Shown one piece after another: positions 26,771 to 38,068 of a DNA stretch of 64,000 bases. The position numbers were made by a program, and so were the translations under genes. The notes below the pieces were generated by a model. That model was not told where the DNA came from, ran no database searches, and saw nothing but the letters and a program-made list of their open reading frames with translations. Each line of letters opens with the position of its first letter. The first letter of the stretch is position 1. The stretch covers positions 106,454,001 to 106,518,000 of the forward strand of contig NC_043000.1 in NCBI RefSeq assembly GCF_006345805.1, read 5' to 3'. This stretch comes from Octopus sinensis (Eukaryota).

Positions 26771-29700
26771 GTGTATATGTATACATATATATATAGGCAT
26801 GTCACAGTTGCAGGCATGTTAAGAAGCTTACTTTAGTACAGTGTGGTTTCAGATTCAGTTCCTCTACATGGTGCCTTGAGCAAATGTCTTCTACAATACC
26901 CTTGCATTGACCAATGCTTTATGAATAAATTTGATTGATGGAAACTGTGGTAGCTTGCTCCATATATTTATGTGTTAGTATCTTTATGTTTGTACTTCCC
27001 TCTACTTCACAACAGGTGAAATAAAGTACTACTAAAGCACTGGGGGTAAAGTAAATGTTAAAAGAAACAAAAGAAAACCTGATGTCGAGCCTATGTTAGG
27101 AAAAAAATTCATCATAAATATTGTTGTATTTATTGGGGGGAAAGTGATGAAGTGGTGGAACTGTTAGAGACGACCAAAATTCCTTGTGGCAAGCTAAGGC
27201 TCCTTTTATTCAGAGTTCCCCCAGGGTCGTTAAAATAAAGTACGTGTGAAGTAAAGGAGTCACATTGACTAACTCTCTCTATTTAAAATTGCTGTCCCTT
27301 ATGCCTAAATTAGAAAAATTATTATTATTAATGTTGTACTTTTTATTGTTTTTTTTGTTATTATTGTTACTAATGATTAGATATATTCTTTTTTTTAGGC
27401 TAATATATGGATAGTCAGCAGTGGCCTGAAGAAATTAGTTGGCATTTTATCTGTAGTCACTCTTATTGGCTTTGCGGTGATATTATTCACTGACTATGGC
27501 TTCCCTTACAGCCTTGATGACAAGAAACCAGCTTATCAACGTCTGATGATGAAAGTAAGACTTCATACTGTTGCTGTTATTTTTGCTGTTGTTGTTTAGT
27601 TCTAAATCAGCCCCAATCAAGCATAACTATCCATGCCATTGTTTTAGAAGTACCAAGTATACATTGTGCAATGTGACCATTTTACGATGGTAGTGTGGGT
27701 GTGATTTGAGGGAAATTTGGCTACCCTATCTTGTAGGTTAGCTTGTAAGACCTCATATTTGATATCATACTTTTCCTTCTTTATAATATCTGGGTTATTT
27801 TTAAAATCTAAAATGCTAAACATAACAAAAGCAACAGAATTGCTGTAGGATTGTTGTTGTTTAGCTCCTGGTGGGTTCTGATCGTTCAAATACGATGTAG
27901 CCATGATCATCTAATCGTTTTCTGAGGTACAGTCCACCCAAGACTACATTTCTCAATGTGCCTTTTGTAGTATTATGAAATGCTATCTGCAGGAAATTTA
28001 GTTGGTTGCTATTCCTAGTAAGTTGAGTAAACTGCATTGTGACTCCATCATTAGTTCAAATCACTGTGCTGGTCTACTGACTTCAAGAGTTCATTGTTTC
28101 TACCCTATGGCACCATTTTACATTTAATTGGATTGAATTACTAAAGAGTCAAGTCTGTTGGTTACAACACAATGCAGAGTTAGAGACAAGATACCAGCTT
28201 CTGACTTTATGTCTTGTTAGCTGCTATCATCATCACCACCACCACCGCTGCCACGGACCCCCCCCCCCACCATCATAATTTAACATCATTTTCCATGCTG
28301 GCATGGGTTGGGCAGTTTGACTGAAGTCTGGAAAGCCAGTGGTTGCACCAGGCTCCAATCTGATCTGGCAATGTTTCTACAGCTGGATGCCCTTTCTAAC
28401 GCCAACCACTCTGAGAGTGTAGTGGGTACTTTTTATGTGCCACTGGTACAGGAACCAGTCAGGCGGGCCTGGCATTGATCACATTTGGATAGTGCCTAGC
28501 TTTAAAGTTAATAAAGGTATTTATCAACTTGTAATGCTGAGTTCAAACCCTACTGATGATTTGGAAAAACTAGTACAGTATTCAGCTGGCCATCTTTGCC
28601 ATTGGATCCTTGACCAGTTCTTATTACAGGCTGCGTGTGAGAGATGGTTTTCAGAACCTCATTCTATGTTAAACACCACCATACACTGACATTTGATCCC
28701 AGGAAAGATGTCTTTCCCCACTATATGATGTTGTGACCACTCCTTGTATTCTCTCTGTTAAGTAAACACATTTTACTGTTCAAGTTAGTAGGTTAATTGG
28801 TACCATTCCTACTTCATAGGAAACCCATGTTGACAGTAAACTATTAAAGTGGAGAGAAGTGAAATAAAAAAAAAAACTTGATGACAATTGTAAACTACTA
28901 AACCTATCTTGTATATTGAATGTTCAATTTGAATTAAAAACTTTGTAGTGGCTCTGCAGCTGGGATGTAGACAGTAAATTGGCAGTGTTGTTCTCAGTGT
29001 TGCTGCTTGGTAGATGGACTGTTTGTCGATAGACAATAGGCTAAGAGACAATTTACAGACAGGACAATTGTGTGGTATGGTGCAAAGTCCTGTTGCCAGA
29101 CATAGGGTGTTCCAGCAACCACTCCCTTGACCCAGGGCAGCACAACCTCCTCCAACCACTTGATGTAGGCCTCTGTGTTGAGTCTGATGCCATGTGGAAA
29201 TTGTCTGCACATGTTGCTGCTCTGGGTTACCAACAGTGTTAGTATGTTGCTAGTGTTGTTACAGTGGTTTGCCAGTGTTACATTGCTAGTGTTGTTACAG
29301 TTGGTCGCCAGTATAACTGCAGGTTTGCCAGCATTGCATTGCCAGTATTGTTACAGTGTGTTGCTAGTTTCATTATGGTGAATTGCTAGTGTTGCTGCAG
29401 CAGCTGGCTTACAAAGCATTGCAAAGGGGACTGCCAATATTGTTATTGTGTCTATGTTCCTGCAGTGGTTTGCCAATGTTGTTGTCCATATTGCAGCAGT
29501 GAGTTATGAACATTGCAGCAGTTGGTTACCAGTGTTCTAGCAGTAGATTGCCACTATCATCAATTAGACAAACTTTAATGAGAAGTATAAAACTAGTTTT
29601 CTAATTAGCTTATATAACACAACTATCTGAAATCTTTGTAGCTTTTCTTGTTATTTCTTTCATTTAATTTTTTTACGACTTTTTTTTTCTTCAACCATTC

Positions 29701-32700
29701 TTCATACTGACTTTTGAAGATTGGTTTTAGTATTTGAACATTTGCATATTTTTAATACATCTATGATTTTTTCACTATTGGAAATCTTCCTTCTCATTCT
29801 TAATAATCAACTCAATTGTGAAATGTGAGAAGAATTTGTTTTAAACAGCTCCAGTGTTCTAAACCTATAAACCTTTAGTCATTTATTGTGAGCACACTAG
29901 GCTCAACACTATTCTGCCATTTATAACAGGTATTAAATAAAATCTTAATATGATTTTTTGGTTTAAAAAGTTTGTCTTGCAGCTACTCGGTTTTGAGTTT
30001 GATCCCACTGCAGAGCATCTTTGGGCAAAAGTCTTCCACAAAAGCTTTGTGCTTGTCAAAGCCTTGCTTAGAAACCCTTCAAAGAGACCACTCCTGTTTT
30101 GAGGTGGAAGACTCATTTCATCACCTGTTTTAGCACTTGAATGTGGCCTGTGGTGTCTTAAATGCAATTTACCCTTTGGCAACCCTTTTGGGTTATCATC
30201 TAGTCTTTTGGCTAGTCTCTGACCTGATGATAACTTCTGCCTTTCCTTCCAAGTTTTGGAAGCACCTAAAAGAGGCATATTAGTTTACCCTTCCTCCTCT
30301 GACTATGCCAGAAAAAAAAAATGGTAAAAGCATGGATTGTTGTGATAATTTTATGTTTTCTTTTTCTTTATAAGCTGTTTTATCTTTATCTTTTTTCTTA
30401 CAGCATATTCGAAGACGATTTCATGATGCGCAAGGTAATGTAAGTCACACAGATTCTGGTATATGGTTTATATCACTGGATCACAATGGTTTAAAAGGAG
30501 TTCGTGAAGCACAGCCAGAAGCTTTCAAAAGTTGTGTAGAGTTGAAATGTGAAGGACCTTATTGTGGCTGGCCATATTATTACCCAATGCTCTGGATTAT
30601 TGATCTCAGGTAACAACAGTCTGTCAATCAATGCATGGTTTTAGTATTAATATCTAGACTGAGGTGCATGTAGAATTGTAGGTGATTGACTGTATCAGTG
30701 GTACTTAATTTGCTGATGCTGGATGACATATAAGGTAAAAAAGACTTTTACCTTATATGTCACCTGTGCCAGTGTCACATAAAAGCACCTGTTGTACCTA
30801 GAACAACTTTGTTTAAAAATCTACTCAATCAGGGCTAATCTGAGACTATATAACAGTAACACCAACAGTTTTCCAGCAACAGTAGTAGATAGAATTTAAA
30901 AGTTTATGTATCTATTTTGCTCAGAAATGTTCAGAAATGCCTGTGTGTTTCATATTCTATTTCTGTTATATTTTCACTGATTTCACTGGTACATGATGAA
31001 AATTCAATTGGTATTTCTTTTTTTTTTTTTGCAGAATATTTCCCCATTTAACTAATTACTCAGTTTTGATATTTTTATTTTGTTATTTTGTTGATATTTC
31101 TATTTGTTATTTTGTTTTCATGCAGGAAATCCGCCTACATCTTACTCAACACAGAATTGCGTTCCCCTTCGGTTGAAGTTAAACTGGAAAATCGAAAAAA
31201 ACTTTCTGCTAAGGAGGTGGAACTAACATTCTCAGTTATAGGTAAGTGTTAATAGCCACTCTTTACATATTTAAGAGTCAACAACTACTTTATACATCAT
31301 CATCATCATCATCGTTTAACGTCTGCTTTCCATGCTGGCATGGGTTGGACGATTTGACTGAGGACTGGTGAACCAGATGGCTACACCAGGCTCCAATCTG
31401 ATCTGGCAGAGTTTCTACAGCTGGATGCCTTTCCTAATGCCAACCACTCTGAGAGTGTAGTGGGTGCTTTTATGTGTCACCGGCACGAGGGCCAGTCAAG
31501 TGGTACTGGCGACAGCCACGCTCAAATGATGTTTTTTATGTGCCACCTGCACAGGGTCCACGGGTTCTGGTCTCACTTGGCTTGCCAGGTCTTCTCAAGC
31601 ACAGCATATTTCCATAGCTTACACTGGGTACATCGTATAGAGTTTCTACCTATGCCTTTTCTACAGACCAAGCAGGGCCATCTACCTGAAGGGATTTATG
31701 GTTTGTCTGCCTTCCTACTTATTAGGACTTTGGTTTTAGCTAGGTTGACTCTAAGGCCCTTTGATTCTAATCCTTGCTTCCACACCTGAAACTTCTCCTC
31801 TTGTTCTGATAGTGACTCAGCAATTAGAGCAAGGTCATCAACATATAGGAGCTCCCAGGAGCATCCTGTCTTAAATTCCTCTGTTATTGCCTGGAGCACT
31901 ATGATAAATAGGAGGGGGATGAGGGCTGAACGTTGGTGGACCCCTACACCAACCTGGAATTCTTCACTGTACTTGTTGCCAACCCTCACCTTACTGACAG
32001 CGTCCTTGTACATGGCTTGCACAGCTCTCACTAACCACTCATCTATCCCTAGTTTTCTCATTGACCACCAGATAAGGGATCGGGAGACCCTGTCAAAGGC
32101 TTTCTCCATGTCAGCAAAAGCTAGGTACAGAGGTTTATCTTTGGTTAGGTATTTCTCCTGCAGTTGTCTTACCAGAAATATATCATCAGTGGTACTTTTC
32201 ACTGGCACAAACCCAAACTGCATCTCATCTAAACTGACTCTCTCCCTAATTTTTTGGGCTATGACCCTCTCTGTGACCCTCATTACTTGATCCAACAACT
32301 TGATACCCCTGCAATTATTTGTATCTAAAGCGTCACCTTTACCTTTGTAGCAGTTGACTATGGTGGTGCTACATCAGTCATTGGGTGTGACTCCTTCATG
32401 TATCACCTGGTTGACTATATGGGTAACTAGGCTATAGCCAACACTGCCAGATATTTTGAGCATCTCTGCAGTGATTCCTGATGGGCTGGGGTTTTTCCCT
32501 GTCTTCATACTGTTAATTGCTTTATCTACCAAGGCACTGTCAGTTCGGAAAGCTGGTCCCTCTGTTGGGTTGGCATTCGGCAGGCTCTCTTTCTCCCATT
32601 CATTCTCTTTATTTAGCAGCCTTTCATAGTGGTGTCTCGAAACCTCTCTCTTTGCAGCCTTGTTTAATGCAAGTGAACCATCATCCATGTGAACACATTT

Positions 32701-35700
32701 CTCTCCTATGACATCATGATTCTCTCTCACACACTGTCTTGCAACACGAAATACCTCAAGTCTTTGGTCCTCAGGGTGCAGAACATTGGCAAATTTTTTC
32801 TTATCTGCTTGCCCTCTGGCTAAATAAACTTGTCTCCTAGCTTCCCTTCTGGCAGTCTGATACAATTCCCTGCTACCACCATTCTTCCAGTCCTTCCAAG
32901 CCTGTTTCTTTTCCCTAATAGCCCTGTCAACAACATTGTTCCACCACCACGTTATTTTGGGTCGAGAGGGGACTTTGCACCATCCACAGATCTAGTCAGT
33001 GGCCCTCAGCAGATTTTCCCGTAGAAACCTCCAGTTGTCTTCTACATCGTGTGAAGCTATATCCCCTTCTATTTCGTCAAAGGCTTTGGGTAATATGTCT
33101 CTAAATCTCTATCTATTCGCAGGATCTTTAAACTTCCAGACCCTTCTCCTCCATACTGGTCATCTTCTGGGCATTCATTTAGCCCTGATCCTGAAGGCAC
33201 TAACTACCAATCTATGTTGTGGGGTATACATTCTTTGCCTGGGAAGGTTTTGGCATTTATAAGCAGCCATCTTTCCCTTTTCTTGGTGAGGATGTAGTCA
33301 GTTTGACTAGTGTGTCTACCAGATCGGTAGGTGACTAGGTGACTGGCAGGTTTCCTGAAGTTAGTATTGCAAACCGTGGCCTCCATGTACGCCATGGAAG
33401 TCCCCTGTATGTTGTCCAACATGTCCATTGAAGTCACCAGCCACAAAGAGAAGGTCCCTGTCATTCATGAACGAGGTAGTCAGCAAGAGGATGTCATAAA
33501 ATCGGTCTTTCTGTCCATCAGGTAGCCCATGTTGAGGGGCATAGGCCGAAATAATAGTTGCTAACCCATGATGAATCGCTAATCTAATCTTAAATATTCT
33601 GTCACATACTCTGACCACCTCAATTACCTTATCAAAGCATTTCTCCTCAAGGAGTATACCCACGCCCCCGACACCGTCAGTGTTCCCTGCCCTAAATTTA
33701 CATTTGTTGTTAGTGTTGTTACTGATACTACTGTTACTATTTGTAGTTTCACTGTCCACTTATTGACTGCAATATTTCACTCATATACTGACATATATAG
33801 AATATAGTGTTTAAATGGTGACATCTTGTCATCATTAAATTCTATTTATTTATTTTAGCTGTGAATTTATTTATTATAGCTGTCAATATGTGATTTTACA
33901 TCTTTTCCTTTTTCTTAATTCTGAGGATCTTCACTTTCTCTGTCTGTCTGTTTGCCTGTTTGTCTCTCTCTTTTGTTTGACAGTTGGTCTGTTTCACCAA
34001 TCTTAATGTTTAGTGCATTACACAAACATCATTATGCACTTAATTCATTCATGTTTTCCATGCCAGAATGGGTGAGATAAATATTATTGAGATTTGTTTT
34101 ACAGCCAGATGTCCTAGTCACTAACCCATGCCTGTTTTCCAAGCACTGAATTCTTTTTTTATTCCACTTGGTTTTGGAGGTGCAAAGTGAATGGATGATT
34201 TGTTGATAGGCGAACTAAAAATAACATCTCTGCACTTAATTTGCAATTTTATAGAAACAAGTACAAATGTAAACAAACTCAGACACACATGCATGTACAT
34301 GCATACACACACACACAATCTCTCTCTTTCTCTCTCACACACACACATGCATGATGACCTTTCATTTGCCATCTACAAAACCCCCCACAAGGTTTTGATT
34401 GGTCCAGAGCTGTAGTAGAAAACCCATGTCCAGTGTGCTGTGCAGTGGGACGGAACCGGAAACCATTGGGCAGTGACTTTCTCACATCTAATTATATATT
34501 TGAAACTGAGTAGAAAATACAATAGTGATTTTTAAGAAAGATTGCTTTAATTTATAGGAGCAGACATTGCTGTATGGTTTGAGGTTTGCTACCCAGCCAA
34601 ATGGGTCTTGGTTCAGTCCCACTATTGCTCCTTGGGCAAGTGCCTTACTATAGTCCTGAGCTGACCAAAGATTTGTGAATGGATTTGGTCAACGAAACTA
34701 AAAGAACTTGTATATGAGTGTGTGTGGTTGTGTTTCCTTGTCTTGACATCAAGTGATAGTTGTAAATGAGTGTCACTGTCATATAAGCAGTGTCATTAAT
34801 TTCCAGTATTCTGCAAGAATGTGCCTGGCCATGGGAAAATATTGACTTAAAAGTAGGTGAGGGTTGGCAACAGGAAGGATATGTAAAAGCATCCATTACA
34901 CTCTCAGAGTGGTTGGCGTTAGGGAGGGCATCCAGCCATAGAAAACCATGCCAAATGAGATAGGAGTCTGGTGCAGCCATCCAGTTTACCAACTCCTGTC
35001 AAACCGTCCAACCCTTGCATCATGGACAATGGATGTTAAATGATGATGATGATAATAAAAATGTATACCCAGTTTACACTGAGTAAGGCATAGTTTTCTT
35101 GTTTGAAGTGTCACTCATTCAGTTGTTCATGCCATAAGTGTAATATGAAAAAATTATGACTAAATTTTATGCCACACACACATATTGGACCACCAAATCT
35201 TTAAAGGTGTGTGTGTGCATAAATTGACGGAGTTAGGTTTCTGTATACGCTTGGGTGTATAGAAATAAGTGAGCGGTCAAAGGGAGATAAATCTTTCGTG
35301 CTGTTATCACCCTTGAATATTGTGTTATCTAAAAAAAAAAAAAAGAAAAAAAAAGAAACGTCGAGTTTTAAATATAATTTAATACTTTACTCCACTTTTT
35401 CTGAATCTTTATTTTCTGGGTTCGAATACTGCTCAGATACACTTTGCCTTCGGGGATGATAAAATAAAATAGTCAAATTCTGTGGGCAGTTCAGTGTGTC
35501 TACATTCTGCTCAAAATTGCTGTCTTAGTGTCTAAATTAGAAATCTTTCTAACAAAATATTAACACAAAATATGACGGTGTGTGTGTGGTTTTTAATGGC
35601 CGCAGTGGATTTATCAGGATGTAATTGTTGTAGTCTCATTATTTGATCACAGATCAAACCGTTGAACAAATTCAGTTGGGAAATGTATGTGTTATCACTG

Positions 35701-38032
35701 AAAAAGGTTAAAAGAATCTCAACCCATTATGTATCCACTTCTCTTCATGGTATCCTTAATAGTGTCTGTATTAGCGCAACAGCAGTTGAGCAGACTCTAA
35801 TGAATGGCATTCCAATAGTTCGTATCACTGTAACTGTTAATATTGCTTATCCTCAAGTTGGTCCTAATTGAGTGGATCTATGATCATAGGCATTCTAGTT
35901 ATGATCATCTGCCTATTTTTTAAGTATGGTGTAACCTGGTATACATTAGTTGTGTTCATTTTCTAACGCCATAGAGAATAATTTAAAAGAAATTCAGCCG
36001 CAATTTCTAGTAGTGGAACAACTCATAATGTTATCGGTCGTCATCAACAAAGTTGTCTCCCTTCGCTACGCACGCACTCGGGTTTCTTAATTTATCTCCC
36101 CTTAATTTATCGTTTTCTTATCTCTTTTTGTCTACTTATTCTGTATTACCTACTATAGTAAAAAGATCGGAAGAAGGTGTGAGGGCGGTTGCTATAGCAT
36201 TGAGTTAGATCCGGCCATCCCCGTTAACGGAAACAGAACCTGGATTTAAAACACTGGATGATGATGATTCCAAAGATAATAAAAATCCAGTAGTAAAATT
36301 ATTGTATTCATTGCGTTTATAACTTGGGTTCTTGGGTGTACAATGATTGTATCGAGTAAAGGGTTTTTAAGTCTGATATGATTAGGACTTGTTGTAAAGA
36401 CATGGTCATGTAGTGAGGAATTCCAAATAAAAATAGTTCAGGCATAGTTAAAATGAGTAGATATTAATTTAGTATATAAAATCTGGGTACAGAGAGGATA
36501 GGATTTTTACATGAAGAATATTAGTAGCTTATTTACATCTCAGATAGCTCCTGCATAATATTCATGGAACAGCATCTGAAAGCAGTTGCTTTATATATCC
36601 GTGTAACATTCTGCAAAGCATACCACTGAAAATGCCTCTGAGAAGCTGATGAAGACTGGAACAGAAACTTGAAATAGGATGCAGTTTTGTGTTCTTAAGT
36701 AAGATGATGAGTTTCTTTGTTATTTTTTGTACCTGTTCACCATCCAGTCATCAGATTGACAGAGGGTATACTATATCAAGCCCAATAAGAATCAAAACCC
36801 TACACCTAGAGTTTACATCCACCATGTGCAATCAGGTATTGATTCTCATTGAAAATATTCTACAGTCTACGACTGACAAGGATCTTGATTAATGTGGACT
36901 CACATTTTCAGTGAGATGTGCAAGGTGTTTCACGATCATTTTGCCCAGCTATTCAGGAGGAGTGGCGGACTGGAGCGTTGGGAGAAGCTCACAGACTTCC
37001 TGGCCAGTTTGCCATGTCTCTCAGGGTGGGATGCAGAATCTTGTGAAGTGCCGACCACAGCCAAGGAAAGTTGAGAATGTGTTGGCAGACTGCGACGAGG
37101 ACAAATTGTTGGGACTTGATGGTCTGCCTTATGAACTCTATAGTAGCAGTTCAGTGCAAACAGCTGCTTCAACTTTTATTTGACAGATTCTTTAGGCAAT
37201 CAACCATGACATTCAATAATTGGGAGAGTATGTCCACAAAAATGAAGTACTCTTTGTTCTAGTAAAATGAGATAAAAAAAAAAGAGAGCTTAGATGAGGA
37301 TCAAAAAATTAGGAACATCTGACATAGGAGAAATAGTTTTCCTTGAAGCTGCAGATGGAATAGGTAAAACTGTTTTGATTCATCCATGGGTATATGGCGG
37401 AGTGGTTAAGAGCGCAGGTTACTAACCCCAAGATTCCGAGTTCGATTCCAGGCAGTGACCTGAATAATAATGATAATAATAATAACAACAACAACATCGA
37501 AAAATACCTTAGGAATGAGAACCCAGGTTCGAAATTTCCTCAAAACACCTGATGAAGGCTGGAGGGTATATCAGTCGAAACGTGTTAACAACAAACAAGA
37601 TGAGAACAAATATCTGTCAAATGTAAATAATGTAAATTAGAACTCGTTGAGCATGGGTCAGTGTAATCAACTCATTTCTCCCCCCAAAATTGCTGGTTTT
37701 GTGCCAAAATCTGAAACCATTATCATTTAACGTCTGCTTTCCATGCTAGCATGGGTTGGACGACTTTGAGGGCTGGCTCCAATCTTGATTTGGCAGAGTT
37801 TCTACAGCTGGATGCCCTTCTTAACGCCAACTGCTCTGAGAGTGTAGTGGGTGCTTTTTACGTGCCACCGGCACAGGGGCCAGTCAGGCAGTACTGGCAA
37901 CAACCTCGGTCGAATCTTTGTACACATGCCACCAGCACAGGTGCCAGTAAGGCGATGTTGGTAATGATCACGCTTGAATCGTTGGTAACGATCCTGCTCG
38001 AATCATTGGTAACGATCACGCTCATATGTATG

Positions 38033-38068
<36 letters not shown>

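Noticed and set aside
31285-33720. Target-site duplication around the RTE LINE
   Set aside because: Flanks (ctttatacat versus aaatttacat) are only loosely similar and AT-rich, which is not enough to call a TSD.
36640-36690. gctgatgaagactggaacagaaacttgaaa as a further hammerhead
   Set aside because: Has CTGATGA but no convincing helix II closure, helix I or NUH site. At most a decayed relic; similar weak hits near 9775 and 50610 were also dropped.
37388-37460. tRNA gene call for the tRNA-like heads (also 59849, 7429, 21655)
   Set aside because: No clean acceptor stem in most copies; each continues into a repeated SINE body, so they are SINE heads, not tRNA genes.
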